NCBI RefSeq assembly: GCF_009914755.1
Contig: NC_060937.1
DNA: 64,000 nucleotides
Origin: the human T2T-CHM13v2.0 reference genome, Homo sapiens
Direction: 5' to 3' (one strand)
Positions 12,241 through 26,620 of this stretch are shown in pieces. Position numbers and translations under genes: made by a program. Under the pieces are notes generated by a model that did no database searches, had not been told where the DNA came from, and was given only the letters and a program-made list of their open reading frames with translations. Every line of letters starts with the position of its first letter. The stretch's first letter is position 1.

Positions 12241-13816
12241 TGATGGCAGCTGTGGCTCATCTGCAGTGGCTGCTGCCATGATGCCAGAGGCTGTTGGGGA
12301 GGCGCAGCTGGGGCTGGACACTCCATGGAGCTAGGGTGACATGGGAACAGGTATAAGCACTGCCCTCTTCCAAGTTTGAGGGGTGGGAGCCCTGCCCTCC
12401 TGGGTGCAGCCCTGCCTTCTTGGGTGCAGCTTCAGCCACCAAACTCAGGCATCTCTGTGCTCTCGGGGGCCTGGGAAGACCCCCACCCCTGCAAGCTCAG
12501 AAGTGCCTGCTTCCACTGCTTGGCCTCTCCCCACTCCTGGTGCCTACTCTGATTTTGTAGCAAAGTTGTGGCCATGCCCAGGTGCTGTCATGACTAGGCC
12601 AGGTATGCATATACTTGGGGAAGCACTGACATGCCAGCCCTCTGCCATGTTGGGACCCTCTGGAATGTGGGTGGCCAAAAAGTACAAGAGAGAGGCTGAG
12701 GGGGTGCTAAACGCAGCTCAGCATGGGCCCCCAGGCACCCCTTGGCATGAGCACCCTGGGTGCTGTGGGCATTGTGGATGGCAGGTTAATATAGGCAGGA
12801 GCCAGACAGGTTCCTGAACAGGAAGGGGCGTGTCCCTGGTGAAACCGCACCTTCAGGCCAGGGATAAACTGAGGCATGGACCCCAGACTGCCAGTTCTGT
12901 GGACTGGAGTGAAAACTTATGGTGCTTTTTCCAGGTCCACCCATGGCCACCCACGGACCAATCAGCACCCACTTCCTCCACTCTGAGGCTAATAAAAATC
13001 CCAGACTCAGCCAGACTCAGGCAGACAAAGGGACGACCTGTTTGTGTAGAGGAGCTAACCACTCTGGGTCTCCTCTCTGCTGAGAGCTGGACAGTTATGT
13101 GAATGACTTGCCTGTGGTTAGGAGTTACCACTGTGGGTCTCTTCTGAGCTGTTCTGTTGCTCATTAAAGCACCTCTTCACCTTGCTCACCCTCCACATAT
13201 CCATGTACCGCATTCTTCCTGGATGCAGGACAAGAACTCAGGACCCACCAAATGGCAGGGCTGAAAGAGCTGTAACACAAACAGGACTGAAACATGTCTC
13301 TTGCTTGCCACGTTGCAGTTGACAAGAAGGAGAGAGGAGAGAAGGAAAGAAGAGCTGCAGCCCTTTGGGGCACTTAGACCTAGGAACTCCCTGAACCAGG
13401 GCTGTGACACCTTCTTTGGGGCTCTGCAGTTCTTGGTGTCTCCAAGCTTCCGCATACCACCAGGTTCCCCATTACCAGTCATGAAAGTTGCTTGTGGTAC
13501 ACCTGCTCCAGCCACAGCCTCACAGAGGGCCGGTGCTCATGCCAGTGCCTGGAGCTGCCTGCCTTGCCACAGCTGGCATGCCTGGCTGTGGGCAGTGGCC
13601 AGATCCCACGCTCACACTGTCATACACCTCATGCTCCTCCACATCTGGCTTGCCCTTGGCAGGCATGGGATCCAGGCTGGGAGCATAAGCCAAGTGCAGA
13701 CTTCCAGGCCAAGTGGGCAGAACAAGCCCAATAGTCCAAGGCAAAACTTGGGCAAAGGTGCCACCAATCACACAGGTTTCAGGCCAGAAAAGCAACACCC
13801 CAAAGACCCAGTGACA
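12241..13816 (+). mobile_element. MER52A-like ERV1 solo LTR (~1.58 kb)
   Basis: Starts tgatggcagc...gctgctgccat and ends caccccaaagacccagtgaca; CCAAT at ~12958; perfect 4-bp TSD gttt. Confidence 0.85.
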
Positions 13817-14115
13817 GTTTCTGGGTTACTCTGCCTTGAACATTGTCATCTCTTGCTGTATTTAGGATGACAGTTTTCCACTTCTACTGTTCCCGTGCAT
13901 CCTTATGAGAAAACTTTCTGTTGGTGTAAGTCTGGAGTCTGAGAAAGGACTCAAGTCTTTAACATTATCAATTTGGAATTTGAAATTTCTTTGACCATGT
14001 AGTTTTCTTAAATATTTAGTAGGTATATGACCTAGTTGTTTTAGAATCATGCATCTAGATGTATCTGTGAAGGTTTCTTTTTTTTTTTTAATCTCTCATA
14101 GAGATTTAATTTTTA

Positions 14116-14370
14116 CTTTGGGAGGCTAAGGCAGAAGGATTGCTTGAGGCCCCATATCTATCTATCTATAAATAAATAAATAAATAAACAAATAAATAAA
14201 TAGCTGAGCATGGTGGGCATACTTAGGAGGCTGAAGTGGAATCTGAAGTGGAAAGATTGCTTGATACCTGGAGGTCAAGGCTGTGATGAGCTGTGATGCA
14301 CCACAGCCCTCCAGCCTGGGTGACAGAGTGACATCCTGTCTCAAAAGCAAAGGAAAACAAAACAGAAAAC
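14116..14370 (+). mobile_element. AluJ with internal deletions and a (TAAA)n middle
   Basis: actttgggaggctaaggcagaaggattgcttgaggcc...gaggtcaaggctgtgatgagctgtgat...ccagcctgggtgacagagtga. Confidence 0.85.
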
Positions 14371-14461
14371 AATTTTGAAAAACTCAACTTAAAGTGAATT
14401 GCCAGAAAAATGAAATTAAAAGAAGAACACATAGTATTAGATAGTGAGGCAATATTACAAA

Positions 14462-15925
<1,464 letters not shown>

Positions 15926-16759
15926 TAGTCATTCCACTCTGTATTTATTTACAAGCAAACAGATTAAAAACATTTTAGGAACCCTCACCACCCTGTGAAC
16001 TGTATTTGCATGAGCCTGCTGTATAGATCCATTCTAGGAAATTAAAAACTAGAGTCTGAGAAGTGTTCTAGAAATGGGTTTTCGACTCTTGAAATTCCTG
16101 TTTTTCCAAATTTATTAATGTTTTTGTGCTGATTTTAATAAAGTTCTTTTAATTCAGATATTTGAAAGTATACCCTTGACTACTGGGGAGGCCACTGCCC
16201 CAATTGACCTTCTGGGAGCATCTAAATAAGTATGTTTGCTCTATTTTTCCTGTAAAGAGAGCAACATAAGGAGACTCAGGAGAAGCCCAGATGATCCATG
16301 ATGCTTGGTTTTTCTCTTAATATAATTTTTAAATTTTTCTTACTTCTCTATATATGCTGGTACATTCATTATTGGATAAGAAATTTTGTCTAGTTTTAAA
16401 TCATATAGAGTGTCAGATATCATATTTATAACACTTCTTAATTGTATTCTGAAAAACAGTCTTTTTAGGAATAACCACGCTTCCTCTATTCTCTAAGTCC
16501 CTTACATATAGTGACATACTAAATGCCCTGAGAAATATCAAATGTAATGTTTTTCATTTATTTGTTTGTTTGCTTGCTTGTTGGCTTGTTGATTACCAGC
16601 AACAGGGATTATTGCCACTCCATCAGTAAATAAGAAACAGATACCAGGTCATACCTTACATACTACTTCCCAAACAGCACAAGTGCTGACATATCCTAGG
16701 CTTGGAACAATGAGGTCCTCACTATCCTCCTTCTGCCCTTTCTTTTCATTCAGCCTGAG

Positions 16760-17276
16760 CAAGAGAGCTTACTGTCCCCTTAGCCTAAATCTAGGCCCAT
16801 CATCTCTCTTTTCTTGGAACAACCGTCATTGTAAATTATTTCTCCTATCCTTTGTGATATAAATCTTTAAAAAGTCTTTTTGCTAGTTTTACAATCCAGT
16901 AAGGTCTTTCTCAAGGACAGGGAGCCATTTCTTAAACCTATAATCATCAAGAAAAAGAGTGCCTTTATCTCTTATTTTCTGTGAAAGAATAAGAACTTAA
17001 CTTCTGTGGCCACCTTGCTCCAAGTTATAAACCTACTGCCTGTTATGAAAGTATTAAAAAGTTTACTTTTCGTTGGGATAAAGGCCAATTAGCAAACACA
17101 GACGGCCTATGAATCTCCCATCCAGCTCTTAAAACTCTCCAGCCTTTTATCTCAGCAGAGTTGAGTTCAGGCTAAATTCTGTCCTCAATTCCCCAGTACA
17201 ATCTCCTTGAATAAAATTTCCCTTGTCTGTTTAACTTTGTACTGCGCAATTTTTTTTTTTTTTTTTTGCTTTGACA
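16760..17276 (+). mobile_element. MER34/MER39-like ERV1 LTR
   Basis: gtctttctcaaggacagggagccattt, aataaa at ~17209 and terminal ctttgaca; 5' boundary uncertain. Confidence 0.6.
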
Positions 17277-17329
17277 AATCCATTCCATTGTATGTTCATG
17301 GCAATGCCATTACTTCCTGGTCTCAAAAT

Positions 17330-17750
17330 CTTTATCAGTAACTGAAATCAAAGTGGCACAAATGGTGAGAAAGTATATTCTCACTTACCATAAAGTCCAG
17401 AATAGGAAGAGTATTCAGGTTGATCCAACAGTTTAATTATGTCATCAAAGCACACAGGTGTTTCTGGGTCTCAATGTGCAATCCACAATGTTGTATCAGT
17501 TCTGTAGGTTCTATAATGTCTTGGTTGTAGGATGGCTGCAAAAAAACCAAATTAGGCTAAATGCTTTATGAAAGAAAAAAGAGGGAGGAAAGAAAGAGAT
17601 GGGGGAGATTGAGGTTTCCACATATCTGACACGGAAGTTGGGAGCAATTAGCATCATGACTTCCAGCTAATTTCTTATGATAGTTTTTGCTTATATTTGG
17701 CCATAGTTTGATCATACTTGTGAATCAAACACTAGCAGATACATTGCCTC
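17330..17750 (-). mobile_element. Old MLT1 (K/L-like) LTR
   Basis: cagtaactgaaatcaaagtggc...aagtccagaataggaa...atgtcatcaaag...gatggctgca. Confidence 0.45.
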
Positions 17751-17839
17751 TATGTTGAGTATTAGGTAAAATGACTCAACATTCCACAGTAATATCCACT
17801 ATTATATACCCTTATAGTTCCTGAATTATAAACTTTAAT

Positions 17840-19150
17840 TTAGTTCAGTTTTTAAATTTAAGTAAATTGAAGTACAAAATCATAACTCTTTAAAAACCAA
17901 AAGTTGTTACATGCCAATCTTTTCCCCTGATGGTCTCATATTTCATTGCAAAACAATGTATTTTAGGTAATTACAGAATTAGGAAACTACAAAACAGTGT
18001 TTCAAAGTGTTGGTTTCCAGCTTTGATATTTTTACCTTTGCATATATCTATATCTATATACACATATTTGAAAATGTCATCTTTATACCTATAAAAATTA
18101 CAATTCAGTAAAATTGTTTGCTAGTGTGATATAAACTAATTCCTACAATACACAAATATTTACAATTGAAATACTTCACTTGTTCATTGATAATCACTGT
18201 TCTTTCTACAATTTATACATTAGTCTATTCCTCTACAATACAATGTTTGGCAAGATTATTCATATAAGTATTAATGGATTCACATAATTTGTTTAATCAA
18301 TCTTTTTTATGTTGATTCTTTTTATGGAAAGAATGCTATGATAAATCATGTTTATATTTTAATATTGATGTGCATCTCTGTTTTCTCCAAATACATTTCT
18401 TAATGAAATGTTATAGGTCAGTAATTTAAACAGTTTTCAAAGATTTTCAAATTGTTCTGCAGAAGTTTTGGACTTCATTCCATTTATAAAAGAAGTGGTT
18501 GAGACAACAGTGCCTATCATTGCTATCTAACCCACCCTCTTGCCAACAATTTGAAAAGGAACTATTCTTTAAAATCCTACAAAATGTTTGTTTAACTTTG
18601 CATTCATTTAGCTAAATGAGAGCCTAAAACTTTAAAAAATATTTTAATATGTATTGCTTGTGTGATTTCATAATTTTATTTTCAGCCAATTTTTCATATA
18701 GGTTATTATCTGTAATGATTTGAATTACAGCTAATCTCATAAAATGAAAATATTTTCTCTCATGTGACTTTAATATTGATGCAATTTAATATTTTTAATT
18801 TTATTTTTATTATAGGGGAATTTAAATGTCTAAATTTCTTAATTTTATCAGTGGTTTATATCATTCTCTCACATTAAACATTTATACATGGTGTACCTAT
18901 TTGCATATTATATGTAATAAAATTGTCTATCATCTTTATTAAAATAATCTGTATATATTATCTTATAATTAAAACCATATTGATAATAAAAAAGAATTTC
19001 ACACACTTTGTTCAGGATATTTTAGTCTATTTTTCTGAGCCATTTATTTTTATTTCAGAACTATACTGCCTACAATGTATTTTTATGTTTAGAAATTCAC
19101 GCTTTTCACCATATATTTTTCAAAATTATGTTGTCTATTTTCAAATATGC
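17840..19150 (-). mobile_element. L1ME fragments
   Basis: T-rich degenerate L1 3' region (cacataatttgtttaatcaatc, aatgctatgataaatcat, ttttcaaattgttctgcagaag). Confidence 0.5.
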
Positions 19151-19449
19151 ATTATGCAATGGATGCTAATGTATTTTCCGTGATTCAAAGGTGAAAGAAT
19201 CAGCAAGATATTACAACTAGATTTAAGTGCATTTAAAGAGATAAGTATTTATAGGCCATGTAATAAAGATATCGTAGAAAAAGAATATTAAATATTCTTT
19301 TATTTAACTACAAACTGATTAAATAACAACAGTGCAATAAATGATGACCTTTGGGATTATCCTTCCTGCTGGACAGAAATTATCTACACCTATAACAGAT
19401 AAATATCTACTATGTTAACTTTTCTTTCTACAGAGCAGTAAGGTAGATC

Positions 19450-20060
19450 AGTACATACAAAATCAATTAAAGAGGAAAGCGCGGTACATCATTGCAAGGA
19501 AAATCATCAGTTTCTTTAGCCTACTCCCAGGTTCTGATAATTATCCTGACAATCAAACCATGTATGATCATAAATAATCTCCATAATCGCAAAAGGGCTG
19601 TTCTCATTAAGTTTGGACTATTTATTTCTATAGATTCACCAAGTGTATTACTCTTGCTTGAGACTATTTTTAAACATACGTTATTGAGAAAACTAAGACT
19701 AGATAATTAACTTCTATTTGTAAACTTTCACACAGACTCTTGGATTGAACTTTTAAAAATTTCAACAATTATCCCTTCTATTTTGACACAAAGAAAATAA
19801 GCTCAAGTCATTCCCTCCATCGAATTTTACAGTTAGTTTCTATAAATATGGGTGAATACCTTTCTTACGAGGTTTCAAAAATTTGCTAAGGTCCTTGGCC
19901 TGCCTGTCCACAGAGACAGGATCCCTTCCCACTAGCTACCAAGCTGGTTTCCTTGAGAGAGTTGTGTGGGCATTGATTTAACGTATCAAGTGTTTGTGTT
20001 CCATAATAGTGTCCTTGTCAGAACAGATTGTACAAGAACCATACTCAAATATGAAACCTT
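19450..20060 (-). mobile_element. MER4-group ERV1 internal fragment
   Basis: Reverse complement caggccaaggaccttagcaaatttttgaaacctcgtaagaaaggtattcaccc resembles the non-coding internal region of MER4-group ERVs. Confidence 0.5.
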
Positions 20061-22423
20061 ATATACAAAAAGGAACAAAGAAAAAAAGAAGCCAATTCAT
20101 ATTTACTCTTAGAAGCTGAGAAAAGACATGTACGATTTAAGCAGCCCATGAGGAACACTTCTCCAGTACACAATTTATTGCTCTATCAGGTGAGTTCTCA
20201 TTTATGACTTGGGAATAAGTTACACAACTGTTGAGGTATAATTTTTAAAAAGGTAAAATTATGACTTTAATGCAAATATAAAATAGACACATGTCAAAGA
20301 TTGTATTAATGTCATTAAATCTTTTTCTTTCCTCTTGCAATCTCTTCTTTGAACACCCTCAATCTGATTTTTCTTCTCTTTAGAGATTTCAGCTATTTCT
20401 CATAGAAAGGGGAAGAAATATATATGTTTTAGTACTTTTGTCTTGCAAAGGAAACTTTCTCAGACATTGACTAGGTGCAAATGGAGCCTCTCTTGTATCT
20501 GTTTCTAGACTGAAAGGGAAAATGTTTGCTTTGGCTCATCTTTTATGTTGTAATGCCATTCATTACAGTCTCCAATGAAAAAAGAACTTTATTGATTTCC
20601 ATGCTAGTAATTTAAAAAGCAAATACACATTACAAATGTGAGGATTAACCTAATTTTTTTATTATAATTACATTTATGACTACTTTCCTGGAGATAATTC
20701 ATTCTAACGTTATATATATACACACACAAAGCATATTCTTCTCATTATTAAGAATCTTGTCACTGTTTCTAAAAACATAATAGCACTGACATTATAATGC
20801 TAAGGCACATTTGACTCCTTTCACCTGACTTGCATTTGTCACCATGTTTACAGTGAATAATTCTGCCTTAGCCATACACTGTAAGTGATACCGGCCCTAG
20901 TTAAATGTTTTTCTGACACTTCAAACTGTTCCCTGGGCAATCACTGTTAAGCCAAGTTAGAGGAAAATAACCTTGCTGCAGTAATAGGAGAGTTATAAAA
21001 TGTCTCAATTCTTAAGTTTACCGTTAGTTAGTACATTGAACATTCTGTATGATAAGGAGAAAAATCTCACAGGACTTTGTGGCTAGAAATAACAAGACAT
21101 GTGAAAATTCTCTGCCAAATAGTCCATGTCCTGCATCATTTTTCAGTGAATTATGCTTTGAGGCTTCATTTTAGGTTGCATTCTTCCCATTAGTTTCATT
21201 CTTCATCCTCAGAGGGGGAAAAAAATGGAGCAACAGAGTGTTCTCTGAAAAATTGTATACCCATAGCATATCTCTTGAACATAGGAGCAGGAAAAAAATA
21301 ACTCAAGGATTTCATTTGAATAAAAATGATTTATCTACTGAGTGCTGAAGGACATGAATATATTATGGGTGTCTTTTGCATTTGACTTTTATTTCTTTCT
21401 TAGCAAGTAGATGGCTTCATAGAATGCTTAAAAAACAATTCTAAAATAATATGATACATTTATTTCTTTCAATGACATAGATTTTCTTATAAAATATATT
21501 GAGCTATATATGAAATTTTAGACCACTCTATATGTTCAAATTGATCCTAATATTATAATTACCTTTGCATCTGCAAAATTCACTCTATGGTTCTATAAAC
21601 TTTCATATGTTAACATACTTTTACATTTATAATTAATTGCTTTCAGTGTTAAATTAATATTAACTCTAATCGTGAAGTAGACATGGGCAGTGGTTCAGGA
21701 ATTAATTTTTGAAAATGAACTTTCTTTCATTAACACAACCATATATAATTATGTACAAAAATGGAAGTATTACTGTATATACTGTTTTTATGCTTGAGAA
21801 ATTTTGCAATGCTGTCCTTGTTCACATGTATAATTTTTTGATGTATATCGTGTATAGTTTTTTGTATTTAAAATAACCAAATAATTTTCACATATATGTG
21901 ATAACAAGATTTTGTTTTAGTTTATTTGATGGGGACTATGACACTTAACATAACACTTTTAACTGCCCTTTGTTTTTAATGCATTTAATATCTTCAGTAC
22001 TAGATATTACTGAGGCCAGAGCTTGTGCAACTTAATATTTTCAGATCAATTCAGAGAAAGACCACTCTAAATTATGTAGGATAAAATAATGTGATAATTA
22101 GAGAATAGAAAAGGTACAGGGTTCTTATTTACTCTAATTTGAATTCTAGGTTGAATGATTTAAGAAGAGCAGGTATTACTCAGCCATCTTTATTTTCCTA
22201 ATACTTAGCACAGTCTTTGCCATACAGAAATCAGATTATTTATGAAGCAGTGGCTTTTGAGAAAGCAACTTACTATTTTCTGAATTGTAAACCTGACGGA
22301 ATGTAAACTTATGTATCGGTGATACTATTTATCATTCAGCAAAATAATATAAAAATGTAATTAGAGATTCTAGACAGATGAGTGTATGGGAAGTCAGTTA
22401 AGTGACACTCTGAAAGTTAAACA

Positions 22424-22755
22424 GGCCAGGTGCGGTGTCTCACACCTGTAATCTCAGCACTTTGGGAGGGCAAGGTGAATGGATCACCTGAGGTCAGGAG
22501 TTGGAGACCAGCCTGGCCAGCATATTGAAACCCCATCTCTACTTAAAATACAAAAAATTAGTCAAATGTGATGGTGCATGCCTGTAATCCCAGCTACTCT
22601 GGAGGCTGAGGCAGGAGAATTGCTTAGAACCTGGGAGATGGAGGTTGCAGTGAGCCAAGATCGAGCCACTGGACTCCAGCCTGGGAGACAGAGGGAGGCT
22701 CTGTCTCAAAAATAAATAAAATAAAATAAATAAATAAATAAATAAATAAATAAAT
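22424..22755 (+). mobile_element. AluSx/Sz
   Basis: Full dimer with (TAAA)n tail; TSD gttaaaca (22416-22423 / 22756-22763). Confidence 0.93.
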
Positions 22756-22764
22756 GTTAAACAA

Positions 22765-22900
22765 AGTCCACCATGTTGGCTCACATCTGGAATCTCAGCA
22801 GTTTGGGAGGCAGAGGCAGGAGGGTCACTTGAGTCCAGGAGTTTGAGTCCAGCCTGGGCAACATAATGGGACCACAGTTTGTACAAAATATTTTTTTAAA
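22765..22900 (+). mobile_element. FLAM_C / AluJ left monomer
   Basis: ggctcacatctggaatctcagcagtttgggaggcagaggcaggagggtcacttgagtccaggagtttgag. Confidence 0.85.
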
Positions 22901-24929
22901 TAAAAATATGGAGTTAAGCAAAAACATTGGAAGAATAAATAAAATTTGTCTCCCTTAGCATGGTCAAGAGATTCCTCTTGGATGCAGTTGTAGCTTCAGA
23001 AACTACAAATATTCCCACACATTTATCCTATATTCAGAGATATTTGCCTTGTGCTCCATGAAAGCAAAGGACATGTATTTTGCCCACCATTGTCAGATTT
23101 CCTGCACTTTGTATTTTTTAATAATAATGTTTTTCATCATTTTTCCTTCAACATCTCTTTCCAATTCTAATATATCATTTATCTAATTAAATTTATAAAA
23201 TATCTTACATTGTTTCTCACATCAAATGGATGGAATGTGATTATCTGAAGCATTAGTCATGTTTCTTCATTGTTTTTATAGTGCCTAGTCTTGTCTCACA
23301 ATCATTTAGGAAATACTCACTACTTTTATGATCAATGGATAATTGGCTGCATTTACAACTACAGTGTCCACTCTACTTGACCAGCAGCAGTGGTCTTAGG
23401 TTTGAATTAAAAATCAATTTATGAGACAAAATAGGCTTCACCCAATACCAAGTTTATTTAGCTTGAGGAATGAATAAACATGAGTCAAAGTCACGGAATG
23501 TATAGCAATAGTATAGTAGAGATCACTGGACTCATAGGCACACATTACAACTTCACAGTTTCTCTGCACTGGGATTCTGGATGTTCACAAGTGATAAGAC
23601 TGTGTGGGTTTAAATGTTTCCAGTTCAGGGAAACCTTCGGAATCCCTTCTGAGTGTTCTCTTGCTAATTAAAAAGCACCCTCAAGGTTACATGGCTAATG
23701 CCCATTTTCTGGTGCAGCTGCATCTGATTATTCATCATTCAATAAATAACCTCGACAGGAAGTAGAGTTGTTTGTTTGATACATGGGAATATGGCCAGGA
23801 TGTCATTTTTCTTGGATCTAGTAGTATAAACCTATACACTTCTTGATCTAGTGTTGCAAGTAGAAGGAGGATTTTATTTAAGGTCAAAATTTCAGGCTTA
23901 TATCAACCTAGAGGAACAGCAACAGAATCTAATAATAACCTTTTTTGTATAACTACCAAATTAATTTGAAAACTACTAACCATTATCATTTGAATGTGAC
24001 TGTTTAAATCAACATCTTTGAGAGAGTCTGTTTTCAAATTTACTTTTTAAATAGACCCTGTTAATTCTTGCAGCCTATTTTTAAAAACCTCTGAAGTTAT
24101 AATAACCTCATAATAAGTCGATATTTTAAATGGATATTTACAATTTTTTATTTTGCCAAATTTCACAATTTCATTCATAGACTGTCCAAGAAAAAATGTA
24201 TTGTTTAAGATGCTTAAGGATCTTCCTCAAGAAATCATGTGATTTTTCTAAAAAGATCAACATTTAAAAACAGATAAATCTGTTGTGCTCCAATCAAATT
24301 CATGGAGGGAAATTGTTATAAATAATATATTGACAGATATCTTAAATAACTACAATTATAGTTATTATTATAATGTTAGACATTACCATAGATGAATGTT
24401 TGAACTATAAGGAACACATGTGTCTAAGCTCTTAGTCTTATTTATTTTTAATAAGCAATAATTTAATGTCAATTTCAATAGCACAGAGAATGTTTTTGCT
24501 TAACTTCCATATCTTTTTAACAACCCTTTAAAAAAAGAGGTGCTAGAAACGTTTATACCTACCTATGTTTTCATATATTTCACATACAATAATTAACTTT
24601 TTAAAGTTATATATGTCTACAATAGTTTTCATGAATCATATAAACACATATATTTCAAAAGTTCAAACATAGATTATTAAAAGCCTAAGATTAAAGAGTA
24701 TTAATTGGAAATCCATATGTATACAGTTTCTTAAATACACTCAAGTAAAGTATAAAAAATAATTAAATATAAATGCATCTGATTCAGTTAATTAACATAA
24801 TCCAAGATGTAATCAACAATTTCTTTCATTGAATGTTATTTGTGTTTGCTTTAATGTTCATAAGACAGTCTTATAGAAACACACTACAAACAAAATTTCA
24901 ATTAAACAGTTTATGACAATTTTTTAAAA

Positions 24930-25141
24930 AGCCACCAGGTCCTATGGCTCACACCTACAATCCCAGCTATTTGGAATTTTGAGGCAGGAGGAGAGCTTGA
25001 GACCAGGAGTTCAAGACCAGCCTGGGCAACACAGCAAGACTCCATTTCAAAAAGAAATCTGACAAAATAGCCCAGAGTTGAAGCACATGCCTGTAGTCCC
25101 AGCTACTAGGGAGGCTGAGGCAGGAGGAATCCTTGAGTCCA
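24930..25141 (+). mobile_element. AluJ, 3'-truncated
   Basis: Left arm plus partial right arm ending ggaggaatccttgagtcca. Confidence 0.88.
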
Positions 25142-25680
25142 AGCTGAAGTATAGTTGCATGATCATAGCTCATAGCAGTCTACGACTCCTGGGCTCAAGG
25201 AAATCCTCCTGCCTAAGCCTCCTATGAAGCTAAGACTATTGGCACATGCCACCACACCCAGCTAATTTTTGAAATTTTTTTGTAGCAACAAGGTGATATT
25301 GTTTGGCTGTGTCCCCACCTGCATCTCAACTTGAATTGTATCTTCCAGAATTCCTGCATGTTGTGGGAGGGACCCAGGCGGAGGTAATTGAATCATGGGG
25401 GCCAGTCTTTCCCCTGCTATTCTAGTGATAGTGAATAAGTCTCACAAGATCTGATGGACTTATCAGGGATTTCTGCTTATTCTTCTTCCTCATTTCTTTT
25501 GCCACCACCATGTAAGAAGTGCCTTTTGCCTCCCACCATGATTCTGAGGTCTCCCCAGCCATGTGGAACTGTAGGTCCAATTAAACCCCTTTTTCCCCCC
25601 CCCAGTATCAGGTATGTCTTTATCAGCAGTGTGAAAACAGACTAATACGCAGGGTCTCACTATATTTCCTAGGCTGGTTT
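25137..25680 (-). mobile_element. AluJ lacking its tail, interrupted by THE1A
   Basis: ccaagctgaagtatagttgcatgatcatagctca...ctcctgggctcaag...tgtagcaacaagg | gtctcactatatttcctaggctgg. Confidence 0.85.
25294..25649 (+). mobile_element. THE1A solo LTR
   Basis: THE1A-type tctcaacttgaattgtatct.ccagaatt; TSD caagg/caggg. Confidence 0.9.
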
Positions 25681-25849
25681 AAGAGAATATATGGCTCAGG
25701 TTCCCAAGGCATGCACTTCAGATGTCTTGCTCTATTTCCTTCCTTACATATATGATACTGCATTTAATGCTCCCTAGAACCAGTTCACTAAATACAAAAG
25801 AAAAAAGAAAAAAGAATAGAGTTTCAAATGTTTTTTGCAGTGGGTTCTC

Positions 25850-26620
25850 ATGAACCAGAAGTATAGAGCTGAAACATCACAGTCCCCTGAAGGGCTCCAC
25901 CCAAGGATCGTAGGAAGGAAAAATCCTGCCAATAGGCAGAACATCGAGAAGTACATTTGGTTGTTGACTATGCCTCAATAGAGATATAGTTAGAGGAACA
26001 GGTTGACACTGATTCATGAACAACTTAATAGAATAGAACCAAATAGCTATGTAGGATAATCAAAAAGAACATGCTTAGAAGCTTATTCAAAAGGAAGTTG
26101 AGAAAGATAACTATAATGATATGAAGTGTAAGGATATTAGTATCTACTATGAGTGCTCATCACAGGCATCTGTTACAGAGAATGATCCATTACAGAGAAT
26201 AATTTGTTAGTGACTCCAATTGTAGCTGCTATTCAAGCTGTGATCTCTGTATTGGAACAAATTAACAGAGCAAAGCACTGAATATTCAGCTACTGATGTG
26301 GAGAGCTGGAAAATACTTTGTGCCTTCTTTTTTTCCCTTTATATCAACAAGCAAAGACCACCAGAAGTAGGTACTTTCAAAAGTCCAGAACAGCAGTTCA
26401 CGTGCAGTATCCTAAATCAAAGTCTGTCAATACTCTGACTGTCTTCCCTAATTACCACTCATGGGCCTTGATTTTCTCAGCAGCCCATAGAACATCATGC
26501 CCATCCATTTCGCTGCTGGCATGCTAATTAGAACTGGAGATCTGGATGCAGCAAGTATCCTAGATGCCTTTGTGAGACTTATGCACGGACAGAGAAAAAC
26601 CACACTCCTGACACAAAAGA
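25850..26620 (+). mobile_element. Decayed ERVL/MLT internal fragment
   Basis: ccatttcgctgctggcatgctaattagaactgg...gcaagtatcctagatgcctttgtgagacttatgcac resembles ERVL RT HYIDDIMLIG...LD.LVRH. Confidence 0.4.

Noticed and set aside
12383-13870. Longest ORFs (144 aa and 189 aa) as novel proteins
   Set aside because: They lie almost entirely in the GC-rich MER52A LTR, where stop codons are scarce; overlapping ORFs occur in several frames and show no recognisable domain
23390-23930. Possible additional degenerate LTR
   Set aside because: I could not assign ends, TSD or family by eye; left unannotated
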